IMG/VR virus record: IMGVR_UViG_3300025617_000900
From: an uncultured virus (IMG/VR IMGVR_UViG_3300025617_000900)
Taxonomy: Duplodnaviria; Heunggongvirae; Uroviricota; Caudoviricetes
Length of the DNA stretch: 57,495 bases
Reading direction: 5' to 3' (one strand)
Of the stretch, positions 48,708 to 57,335 are shown one piece after another (the stretch's first letter is position 1; each line of letters starts with the position of its first letter). The notes beneath the pieces are model-generated. The model made no database searches. It had not been told where the DNA came from and saw only the letters and a program-made list of their open reading frames with translations. The position numbers and the translations under genes were made by a program.

Positions 48708-49576
48708 TTTGACTGATCAAATGTAATTGCAACTTCGTAACTTTCAGGTGCTCCGGCTGCAATATCTTCTTCAGATGAAGTAACTTTTAGAGGTTCTAGT
48801 GCAAATAAATCTTTTTGTGATTCGATATGTTTTAGTACTTCGTTATAAAATTCTTTATCTGCGTTTTCAATAAATTCTTTTATATGTAGTGGATTTTCAA
48901 CTACAGTATCACCGATAGAAATACTAACAACACTAGCTGATAAAGAACTTATAGTTAAGTTTGTAAGTGTTTGAAAGCTTTCATTAAACTTTGCTAATTT
49001 TTCTTGATCTGGAATTTTTTCATCGTTAACAAGTGCAAATATACGTTGTTCTTCAAAAGTTTTTAAGCTTGCATCAGTAAATTCTTTGTATGTCATTGGT
49101 CTAGTAACTATAGACATATCGTTGATTACAAATTTATCATTATAGTCTTTTGTTACTAGTTTATTCAATAACTGTCGAAGATCGACAGCAAAAGATCTAT
49201 CTTCTCCAGTATTTGGAACTTTTGTAGTAACATCCATTGTGTCACCATATGTTGCAACACGAATTGCAATTAATATCGCATCTAAATCAATGCTTGGCAT
49301 GTGCCACGGATTTTTAATATTTGGAACACAACTTTTAATAATTTCAACTGTGGCTGCACCGTTTAAAAGCGCATCAGGAGTTTTCATTGTTAGCTCGTCT
49401 TTAGCTGTCATTGCAAATACTGGAAATTCTTTATTTTCAGGAATATCAATAGATCCCTCTGGATAAAATTTTCCCTTGCTAGGAAGAGTAATATAGACTT
49501 TAGGTTGTCTAAAATACTTTTTCAAAGGGTTTTGTTCAATATTACTATTAAACTTTGTTGGATCAAATTCTGGCAT
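48695..49576 (-). CDS. Baseplate hub assembly/tail assembly chaperone, T4 gp26-like
   Basis: NPL..YFRQP..YI.LPS.G.FY..MTAKDE...KTPDAL.NG..IDLDAILIAIR.ATYG pattern; ends in NFFG. Confidence 0.75.
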   Translation of the reverse strand: MPEFDPTKFNSNIEQNPLKKYFRQPKVYITLPSKGKFYPEGSIDIPENKEFPVFAMTAKDELTMKTPDALLNGAATVEIIKSCVPNIKNPWHMPSIDLDAILIAIRVATYGDTMDVTTKVPNTGEDRSFAVDLRQLLNKLVTKDYNDKFVINDMSIVTRPMTYKEFTDASLKTFEEQRIFALVNDEKIPDQEKLAKFNESFQTLTNLTISSLSASVVSISIGDTVVENPLHIKEFIENADKEFYNEVLKHIESQKDLFALEPLKVTSSEEDIAAGAPESYEVAITFDQSNFFG

Positions 49577-49587
49577 GTCATTCTCCG

Positions 49588-49595
49588 TATAAATA
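49588..49595 (+). promoter_or_regulatory. Late promoter TATAAATA (tape measure/portal operon)
   Basis: Exact match to the T4 late consensus. Confidence 0.7.
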
Positions 49596-49619
49596 CAATG
49601 TATAAGTATGTATCTCTAT

Positions 49620-49627
49620 TATTTATA
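49620..49627 (-). promoter_or_regulatory. Late promoter TATAAATA (gp26-like gene)
   Basis: Exact match to the T4 late consensus on the minus strand. Confidence 0.7.
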
Positions 49628-49653
49628 TGCGCATATAACTTAGGATTCGAATA

Positions 49654-52600
49654 GTGGCTGAAGAAGTACAAATTAGTAATGTTGGTGGCGATGGAGTAGC
49701 TAGTGAAGTTACTCTACAACGTCTCGTAACTAGTATTGAAGCAATGGCTAAAAAGTCAGGCATTGACTCAAAAAGCCAAGCTGCAAAATTACAAAAGTTA
49801 TACAACCAAGAAGTTGATAAATCTAGCAAAGCTACAAAAGATCAAACAGCAGAAACACAAAAACAGACTACTGCAACCAAAGATGCAACTCAAGAAACAA
49901 ATAAGCTTGCCCGCAGTCTTGGAGCAGCAGCAGGCAAAGGTCTAGGTGCGCTATTCCAGTCTACTGTTGGGTTAACTAAAGCATTTTACAATAATAATAC
50001 AAGTGTTGAAGCGTTTGCTTCACAATTGCCAGTATTTGGCAAAACTTTAGGATTCTTAGGCGGTATAGCCGATGAGTCGATTGATGCATTTAGAGGTCTG
50101 TCAGCAAGCGGTGCATCGTTTGGTGGCTCGATAACTAATATGCGAAATGCAGCAGCAGGAATGCAAATTAGTTTAAGTGAAATGACACAGTTGTTTGCTA
50201 GCCAAGCACCTGCACTAGCAGCATTAGGCGGAACAGTTGAGCAAGGCGCACAACGCTTTGCCAAAATGAACAAAAACATTAAAGCTACAGGCGACTTTGA
50301 CAGTCTTATGCGTATGGGCTTTGCTGTTGAAGATATTAACGAAGGCATGGGAGATTACATTGCACTTCAGGCAAGAATGGGCACACTGCAAGGCAGAAGT
50401 ACAGCAGAATTAGCAGCTGGCAGTGCAAACTATCTAAAACAAATTGACTTACTTGCAAAAGTTACTGGCAAGACAAGAGAAGAAGCTAAGGCTGCACTAG
50501 ATGCACAAGCTGCTGACTCGGTGGCACGTACATTATTAAATCAATTTGATCGAAATACAGAAGAAGGGCAGAAAAAGTTTGATAATCTAACCACCAGTTT
50601 AGCATTACTAGATGAAGTAGGCGGAAGTACTGCTGAAGCATTAAAAGGAATGCTTACAGGTAACCCAACTAAAGCAGCTGGTGAATTGTTAGCTGTACTA
50701 GGTGATGCAGGCACTCCCGTTTTAGAAGCAATGGAAGCTATCGGCGATGGCGCAGATCCTCAGGTACTATTAAATGCATTTAGAATGGCCGGCGGAGAAT
50801 TAGAAAACTTTGCAGGAGCAGATGCAGATAGCCGTGCAAGAATAATACAAGAACTTAAAGATCAAGGTAATCCATTAGGTGACTTCTTAGATAACGCTAC
50901 TGTAATGATGGATCTATCAGAACGTGATCTAGGTGCTGCTGCAAGATCACAGGCTGCTGCTGCCGAGGCAAGAGATGCAGCAACTGATGCGATGTTAACT
51001 TTTGAAAATCAACAAAGAGAACTAAGTGGAAAAATGCACGAAATATTCATTCAATCGGGTGTATTGGATGCAATTGGCGCAGGATTAACTGTATTTGGCG
51101 ATATTCTTTCTGGAATAACTGGCTACCTAACAACTTTCTCAGAAAATGTTGCAACCGGCGGCTGGTTCTCTGCAATTACTACTGTTCTAATGGATGGGCT
51201 TGGTGCTCTTTGGGATAATGCCGGAGTTGTTGGTGCATTAGTTGCAGGTATTGGCGTATTGTTTGCAAGTAAAGCAGCAGCTGGCGCACTTACTAGAAGC
51301 ATCGGTTCGAAAATTAGCGGCATGTTTGGCGGCGGCGAATCCGCCGGCGGGAAAACTGGCGGCGGCAAAACTGGCGGCGGCCTCGGAAAAGGAATAGGTA
51401 ATATAGGTAAAGGTCTTGGCAAAGGACTGGGCGGAGTACTAAAAGGTATTGCTAGTGGACTTATTTTCTTTGCAAATCCATTAGTTCCATTAGGAGCAGC
51501 AGCAGTAGGAGCAGCAATAACAGCAATCGGCGCAGGTATAGCCGGTGCAACATGGTTAATAGGTAACTCATTGCCTTCTTTGAAAGACGGATTAAAAGGC
51601 TTTGAAGAATTAAACGGGGATGCATTAATATCTGCTGGTAAGGGCATGGGCGCTGTTGCACTAGGCATGGGAGCATTTGGTGCAGGGTCAGCAGTTGCAG
51701 GTCTAGGATCATTAGTAGGAAGCGTTACATCGGGCATTGCAGGATTGTTTGGCGGCGAAACAGATCCACTGGCACAACTTGAAAAATTCCAAGAAAAGTC
51801 ATTTGACGAAGCTACGATTACAGCTAATGCTAATTCAATAGTTGCATATAGTAAAGCAATGGCTGCATTAGGAGCAGCAGAAGGATTATCAGGCATTGGA
51901 GCAGCAGTTGGAGCAGTAGGCGGAGCAATAGCAGGATTGTTTGGCGGTGATGATCCGTTAACAAAAATGAAGCAATTCGAAGCGTACACGTTTGATTCAG
52001 CAAAAATTAAATCTAATGCTGAAGCAGTAAGTGCATATGCAAGTGCAATGAAAGATTTTCCGACTAGCCCAGCTCCAAGTATTTTTGGTTCGTTTGCAAC
52101 TGGTGTAGCAACGCTGTTTGGAGCAGAAACAGATCCGTTTGCTCCAATGATGAGATTTGGAGATCTAACATTTAATACTGCTGGTATTATTGCAAACGCA
52201 GGAGCAGTTGCAGCATATGCAACAGCAATGAAAGATTTTCCTGCAACTCCTAGTGCTAGTGTGTTTACTGCATTAAAAGATGGCGTCATTGGATTACTGG
52301 GAGGCGAAACAGATCCGTTTGCTCCGATGATGAGATTTGGAAACTTAAAATTTAATTCAGAAGGCATTGCTACTAATGCAGGAGCAGTAAGTGCATTTGC
52401 AGACGCAATGGCTAATATGCCAACTATAGATGCTGAACGTTCAGGTGGCGTACTAGGTGCAATTGCAGGATGGTTTGCTGGTGACGAAGTAATGCCGTGG
52501 GATTCTGTAAAAGCATTTGGCGATGCTAATATAAGTGCAGAAGGTGTAACAGCTAATGCTGCGGCAATTAATGCTATGACATCATCTTTAAATGGTTTTA

Positions 52601-52929
52601 GTGTAGAAAAACTTGACACAACTGGAATTGTAAGCTATACTAGTGCTATGGAAAGATTGGTAGAAGTTCTCGGCGAGTTGAACGATGAACTTGCAGCAGA
52701 CAATAAAGCAGGCCTCGGCACAGGTACTAATGCAGGTGATGTAGTTAGCAAAATGGATACAATCGGCTCTGGAGGCGGAGCAGGCAGTGATCAGTTAAAT
52801 AACATTATGAATCAAGTATTACTAGTGCTAAACGAAATGCGAGATTTGGATATTGATGTTGAACGAAATACAAGAAACATAATCGGAAGTAATCTTGCAC
52901 AAGGCGGCGTAAGCAATGTCGCAAGATGA
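49654..52929 (+). CDS. Tail tape measure protein
   Basis: 1091 aa, Ala/Gly-rich and helical, with hydrophobic segments and ~60-aa repeats; GTG start with AGGA RBS; adjacent to chaperone-like genes. Confidence 0.75.
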   Translation: MAEEVQISNVGGDGVASEVTLQRLVTSIEAMAKKSGIDSKSQAAKLQKLYNQEVDKSSKATKDQTAETQKQTTATKDATQETNKLARSLGAAAGKGLGALFQSTVGLTKAFYNNNTSVEAFASQLPVFGKTLGFLGGIADESIDAFRGLSASGASFGGSITNMRNAAAGMQISLSEMTQLFASQAPALAALGGTVEQGAQRFAKMNKNIKATGDFDSLMRMGFAVEDINEGMGDYIALQARMGTLQGRSTAELAAGSANYLKQIDLLAKVTGKTREEAKAALDAQAADSVARTLLNQFDRNTEEGQKKFDNLTTSLALLDEVGGSTAEALKGMLTGNPTKAAGELLAVLGDAGTPVLEAMEAIGDGADPQVLLNAFRMAGGELENFAGADADSRARIIQELKDQGNPLGDFLDNATVMMDLSERDLGAAARSQAAAAEARDAATDAMLTFENQQRELSGKMHEIFIQSGVLDAIGAGLTVFGDILSGITGYLTTFSENVATGGWFSAITTVLMDGLGALWDNAGVVGALVAGIGVLFASKAAAGALTRSIGSKISGMFGGGESAGGKTGGGKTGGGLGKGIGNIGKGLGKGLGGVLKGIASGLIFFANPLVPLGAAAVGAAITAIGAGIAGATWLIGNSLPSLKDGLKGFEELNGDALISAGKGMGAVALGMGAFGAGSAVAGLGSLVGSVTSGIAGLFGGETDPLAQLEKFQEKSFDEATITANANSIVAYSKAMAALGAAEGLSGIGAAVGAVGGAIAGLFGGDDPLTKMKQFEAYTFDSAKIKSNAEAVSAYASAMKDFPTSPAPSIFGSFATGVATLFGAETDPFAPMMRFGDLTFNTAGIIANAGAVAAYATAMKDFPATPSASVFTALKDGVIGLLGGETDPFAPMMRFGNLKFNSEGIATNAGAVSAFADAMANMPTIDAERSGGVLGAIAGWFAGDEVMPWDSVKAFGDANISAEGVTANAAAINAMTSSLNGFSVEKLDTTGIVSYTSAMERLVEVLGELNDELAADNKAGLGTGTNAGDVVSKMDTIGSGGGAGSDQLNNIMNQVLLVLNEMRDLDIDVERNTRNIIGSNLAQGGVSNVAR

Positions 52930-52938
52930 GGAAAATAA

Positions 52939-54705
52939 ATGAGCTGGAAAAAATATTTTACTCCTGTGCCAACAGGTGATAACCAAAACGGAAGCTATAG
53001 CCCGTTAACGAGCAGAGGCAATGGAAACATGGCAGGTCCTGCTCGATCTAACTATAGTTCATATCTTCCTGATGTATATGTAGGTTCGCCAAATCGTGTT
53101 GAACGTTATGGTCAGTACAACACAATGGATCAAGATTCGGAAGTTAATGCTGCGCTTGATATTCTTGCTGAATTTTGCACACAAAAGAACAAGCAAAACA
53201 ATACTCCGTTCCTTGTAGACTACAGAGGCAAATCACCAACTAATAGCGAAGTTACTATTATTGGACAGTACTTGCAACAGTGGTGCAAACTACTGCAATT
53301 TGAAACAAAGATTTTTAGAATACTACGCAATGTATTCAAAATGGGCGACCAATTTTTTCTACGTGATCCAGAAACTAAACGTTGGTTTCATGTCGATCCT
53401 GCAAACGTAACACGTATCATTGTAAATGAATCTGAAGGCAAAGTTCCTGAGCAGTATGTAATTAAAAATATAAACTTTAATTTTAAAGACGGCATTGCAA
53501 CAACACCGTATGTAAACAACGGCAACATGAGCCCTGCAGGAGGCGGACAATATAATAGTTCAAGTACTGTAGGCGGCGGCGGCGCAAAGGGAATGGTCGG
53601 CCCGCAATCAAGTATGAGTGGAAGTCGCTTTACAACCGACGACAGTGAATTTACTGTTGACGCAGAACATGTTGTGCATTTAAGTTTAAGTGAAGGCTTA
53701 GACAACAACTATCCATTTGGTAATAGTCTACTAGAAACTATTTTTAAAGTATACAAACAAAAAGAATTACTCGAAGATGCTATTATTATCTATCGTGTAC
53801 AACGTGCGCCTGAGCGCAGAGTATTCTACGTTGATGTGGGCAACATGCCTTCACACCTTGCAATGCAATTTGTTGAGCGTGTTAAAACTGAAATACATCA
53901 AAGACGTATCCCATCGGCGACAGGTGGAGGTCAAAATGTCATAGACAGTTCTTACAATCCCCTGTCAATCAACGAAGACTACTTCTTCCCGCAAACAGCA
54001 GAAGGTCGCGGCAGTAAAGTTGAAACACTTCCGGGCGGTACTAACCTTGGAGAGATTGATGACTTACGATACTTTACTAATAAGCTGGTACGCGGATTAC
54101 GTATCCCAAGTTCGTACTTACCAACTGGAGCAGATGATTCAGCTTCACAATACAATGATGGCAGAGTGGGAACAGCTTATATCCAAGAGCTACGCTTCAA
54201 TACCTATTGTGAACGTTTGCAAAACTTAATTGTTGAAGAATTTGATACAGAGTTTAAACGTTACTTGTTAGATAAAGGTGTAAACATTGATACTGCAATG
54301 TTTGATCTCAAGTTCCAACCACCACAAAACTTTGCAAGCTATAGACAAGCTGAAATTGATAACGCTCGTGTACCAACATATACACAAATGAGTGCTATAC
54401 CTTATATTTCAAATCGTTTTGCAATGCAACGTTTCTTAGGATTGAGTGAAGAAGAACTTGCAGAGAATGAACGTCTATGGCGTGAAGAGAATGAAGAAAA
54501 CTTAGATCCAATTCCAGGAGACGCAAACGCAGAAATGCGAGACGCAGGTATTAGCAGTGCAGGAATTGCTGACGATTTAGGTGGAATCGAAGACGAAGCA
54601 CCAGATGCAGCCGGCGGAGAAGATGCAGGCGATGGCACAGCACCAGACACAGTTACAGGTCAAGAGCTAGGCGCTCCGGCACCAGGAACTGAGCAAACGA
54701 TATAA
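52939..54705 (+). CDS. Portal protein, T4 gp20-like
   Basis: Y..MD.DSEVNAALDI; LLEDAIIIYR..RAPERRVFYVDVGNMP; EDYFFP....GRGS.VETLPGG.NLGEIDD..YF..KL...LRIP.S motifs. Confidence 0.95.
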   Translation: MSWKKYFTPVPTGDNQNGSYSPLTSRGNGNMAGPARSNYSSYLPDVYVGSPNRVERYGQYNTMDQDSEVNAALDILAEFCTQKNKQNNTPFLVDYRGKSPTNSEVTIIGQYLQQWCKLLQFETKIFRILRNVFKMGDQFFLRDPETKRWFHVDPANVTRIIVNESEGKVPEQYVIKNINFNFKDGIATTPYVNNGNMSPAGGGQYNSSSTVGGGGAKGMVGPQSSMSGSRFTTDDSEFTVDAEHVVHLSLSEGLDNNYPFGNSLLETIFKVYKQKELLEDAIIIYRVQRAPERRVFYVDVGNMPSHLAMQFVERVKTEIHQRRIPSATGGGQNVIDSSYNPLSINEDYFFPQTAEGRGSKVETLPGGTNLGEIDDLRYFTNKLVRGLRIPSSYLPTGADDSASQYNDGRVGTAYIQELRFNTYCERLQNLIVEEFDTEFKRYLLDKGVNIDTAMFDLKFQPPQNFASYRQAEIDNARVPTYTQMSAIPYISNRFAMQRFLGLSEEELAENERLWREENEENLDPIPGDANAEMRDAGISSAGIADDLGGIEDEAPDAAGGEDAGDGTAPDTVTGQELGAPAPGTEQTI

Positions 54706-54708
54706 ATA
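54701..54708 (+). promoter_or_regulatory. Late promoter TATAAATA, 4 nt before the ATG (leaderless)
   Basis: TATAAATA-CAAT-ATG, overlapping the portal stop codon. Confidence 0.65.
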
Positions 54709-54712
54709 CAAT

Positions 54713-54961
54713 ATGATACTTAGAGAATTATTTTATCACGATCCAGAAACTGTTGACTCTGTAGAAGATAAACGCTACGAGGCAGACTATGATGACTCGC
54801 CTATGAAAAAAGACGATACTCGTAAAACACGACTTACTCTAAGTCAAATCAATCGAATCCGCAAAGCATCTGAGCTACATACAGAAGAAAAGCGTAAAGA
54901 ACAAGAGTTCGTAAAGCAAATGTATGGTATAGCAGCAAACGCAGAAACAGGCGGAGTTTAA
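54713..54961 (+). CDS. Small head-module protein
   Basis: 82 aa; MILRELF N-terminus; DTRKTRLTL.QINRIRK...MYG; directly follows the portal gene. Confidence 0.75.
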   Translation: MILRELFYHDPETVDSVEDKRYEADYDDSPMKKDDTRKTRLTLSQINRIRKASELHTEEKRKEQEFVKQMYGIAANAETGGV

Positions 54962-54964
54962 TTA

Positions 54965-55552
54965 TTGAAAAAAACAGTATTTGTGCTGGGCAACGGCACT
55001 AGTCGAAAATCTGTCGACTTAAATCAACTTAAAGACAAAGGAACTATATACGGTTGTAATGCACTGTATAGAGAATTTGAACCTGATCATCTAGTTGCAG
55101 TTGACACTAAAATGATTTTAGAGATTAATAAAGCTGGGTATCAGCACAATCATAGTGTATGGACTAATCCTAATCGGGCATACCATAATATGAATGGATT
55201 TAATATTTTTAATCCATCTAAAGGATGGAGCAGTGGGCCTACTGCTCTATGGCTTGCTAGTACACATGATACTACAGATATCTATATATTAGGATTTGAC
55301 TATCAAGGAATAGATGATAAAATAAACAATGTATATTCAGATACTCCTAATTATAAAAAAAGTAGCGATCGTGCAACATTTCACGGCAATTGGTTGAAGC
55401 AAACTATGACTACTTGTCAAAAATTTTCTCAAAAGAGATATATAAGAGTAGTACAGGAAGATACTCCTTTTATACCAAAAGAGTTTTCTAAACTAGAAAA
55501 CTTAACACATATTACAGTCGAAGAATTTAAAAAAATCTTCGATATTTTGTAA
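54965..55552 (+). CDS. DUF115/MptE-like (sialyltransferase/Maf-like Rossmann) protein
   Basis: VFVLGNG.SR, YGCNA.Y, D.LVAVD, SSGP.A and IYILGFD motifs; TTG start with GGAG RBS. Confidence 0.65.
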   Translation: MKKTVFVLGNGTSRKSVDLNQLKDKGTIYGCNALYREFEPDHLVAVDTKMILEINKAGYQHNHSVWTNPNRAYHNMNGFNIFNPSKGWSSGPTALWLASTHDTTDIYILGFDYQGIDDKINNVYSDTPNYKKSSDRATFHGNWLKQTMTTCQKFSQKRYIRVVQEDTPFIPKEFSKLENLTHITVEEFKKIFDIL

Positions 55553-55564
55553 TTTTTATAAAAC

Positions 55565-55586
55565 GGCCCGTTTTGGGCCTATTTCT
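55565..55586 (+). terminator. Possible weak intrinsic terminator
   Basis: GGCCC-GTTTT-GGGCC hairpin followed by TATTTCT, after the stop of 54965..55552. Confidence 0.35.
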
Positions 55587-55608
55587 ACGTACTTTTCTAT
55601 TAATAAAG

Positions 55609-55614
55609 TAAATA
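55609..55614 (+). promoter_or_regulatory. Putative late promoter TAAATA for the head assembly operon
   Basis: GTAAATATATT upstream of the AGGAG RBS and the ATG at 55679. Confidence 0.6.
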
Positions 55615-55678
55615 TATTATGACAGCCCCGTACAGGAGTTATCTTCTGTGCACCAAAAAACATTTATAGGAGTTTAAA

Positions 55679-56680
55679 ATGGCAGATCTAAATAAATTTG
55701 AACAGATGCTAGAGCTACTTGTTAACGAAAACAAGGAAGCAGCACAAGAATTATTCCACGAGATTGTGGTTGAAAAATCACGTGATATCTATGAGTCGCT
55801 ACTAGAAGACGAAGCAGATGTTGACGAAGCAACAGACGAAGAAGTTGATGAAGCAGCAGACGAAGAAGTAGATGAATCAGACGAAGACCTAGACGAAGAC
55901 GATTCAGAAGAAGTTGAAGAAAACTTTGACATGGATTCATTTGAAGTTGAAGCTGATGACGACATGGGCCCAATGGATGACACAGGCGATTTAGCTAACG
56001 ACTTAGGCATGGACATGGACGGTGAAGAAGGCGACGAAGACGAAGGCGAAGAAGGCGATGTTGAAGATCGTGTAGAAGACCTTGAAGATGCGCTAGACGA
56101 CCTAAAAGCAGAATTTGAAAAAATGATGGCTGGTGATGACGAAGGCGACGACATGGATGACATGGACGACGACGAAGGTGAAGAAGAGCCAGAAGAAGCA
56201 TTTGCATTTGAAGCAACAGACGAAGAAGTTGAAGAATCAGCTGACGAAGAAGTTGAAGAAGGCGCACATAAAAGAGAAGTAACAGCTGACATGGAAAAAA
56301 TGTCAAAAGCAGAATTTGCTAAAAAGCATGGCAAAGAAATGGCTGACGACATGTATGAAGCTGAAAAAAGCGCAGGCGAAACAATGCGTGAGTATGTAGA
56401 AAAAGTATCAGCAACAATGGGTGACAATGGCGCTAATACTAAAAGTGCAGTAGCAGGTCCAAACGATATGGGCGGAACGGCTGCAAACTTAGCACAAGGT
56501 GCAGACGAAAAAGGTGGATCAGCAGATTCAGCTAAAGAAGACAATGCAGGTAACGTAAACGTACCAGGCGCAAAAGCTTCTAAGTCAATGACACCAAATG
56601 CTAAAGGCCACGGCGCTGAGAAAAAACAGAGCGGCGGCGAAACTGGCACAAATGGTACAAAAAGTATTATTGGCCAATAA
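55679..56680 (+). CDS. Highly acidic prohead core/scaffold-like protein
   Basis: 333 aa, Asp/Glu-rich with repeated (V/L)xE motifs; lies between the portal and prohead protease genes, as T4 gp67/gp68 do. Confidence 0.7.
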   Translation: MADLNKFEQMLELLVNENKEAAQELFHEIVVEKSRDIYESLLEDEADVDEATDEEVDEAADEEVDESDEDLDEDDSEEVEENFDMDSFEVEADDDMGPMDDTGDLANDLGMDMDGEEGDEDEGEEGDVEDRVEDLEDALDDLKAEFEKMMAGDDEGDDMDDMDDDEGEEEPEEAFAFEATDEEVEESADEEVEEGAHKREVTADMEKMSKAEFAKKHGKEMADDMYEAEKSAGETMREYVEKVSATMGDNGANTKSAVAGPNDMGGTAANLAQGADEKGGSADSAKEDNAGNVNVPGAKASKSMTPNAKGHGAEKKQSGGETGTNGTKSIIGQ

Positions 56681-56697
56681 GTAGTAAGGAAATCTAG

Positions 56698-57321
56698 ATG
56701 AGAAACTTACAAGAGCATTTGACATTTGACCAAGCTAATATAGTGCTTGAGAATGCCAACGAAGGAAAAGACCTTTATCTAAAAGGTATTATGATCCAAG
56801 GCGGTGTTCGCAATGCTAATCAGCGAGTGTATCCTGTAAATGAAATAGGCAGGGCTGTCAAAACTCTCAATGATCAGATTACGAACGGGTTTAGTGTTCT
56901 CGGCGAAGTTGATCATCCAGAAGGACTTAATATTAATATTGACCGTGTAAGCCATATGATAACTGAATGTTGGATGGATGGTGACAACGGTTACGGAAAG
57001 TTGAAAATTTTACCAACACCGATGGGGAACCTAGTTAAAACGATGCTTGAAGCAGGCGTTAAACTAGGTGTCTCGTCACGTGGTAGTGGTAATGTAGCAG
57101 ATGACGGCAGTAATACCGTTTCTGACTTTGAAATAATCACTGTGGACGTTGTGGCTCAGCCTAGCGCCCCTGGTGCATATCCTACACCAATTTATGAACA
57201 TTTGATGAATGCACGTGGGGGAATGAAGGCATACGAATTAGCACAGGCAACAAAACACGACGACAAGGCACAAAAGTATCTTAAGGAATCACTAATCAGT
57301 ATGATTAGTAAACTCCAATGA
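56698..57321 (+). CDS. Prohead protease, T4 gp21-like
   Basis: LKGI.IQ..VRN.N.RVYP; LGEVDHP; RVSH.I; TPMG; LGVSSRG.G; D.VAQPSAP.A motifs. Confidence 0.95.
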   Translation: MRNLQEHLTFDQANIVLENANEGKDLYLKGIMIQGGVRNANQRVYPVNEIGRAVKTLNDQITNGFSVLGEVDHPEGLNINIDRVSHMITECWMDGDNGYGKLKILPTPMGNLVKTMLEAGVKLGVSSRGSGNVADDGSNTVSDFEIITVDVVAQPSAPGAYPTPIYEHLMNARGGMKAYELAQATKHDDKAQKYLKESLISMISKLQ

Positions 57322-57335
57322 AACAGGAGAATGTA

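Noticed and set aside
51123..52619. 498-aa minus-strand ORF
   Set aside because: It is the antisense frame of the Ala/Gly-rich tape measure gene, whose codon usage suppresses reverse stops.
55789..56649. 286-aa Ser-rich minus-strand ORF
   Set aside because: It mirrors the GAA/GAC-rich acidic protein gene.
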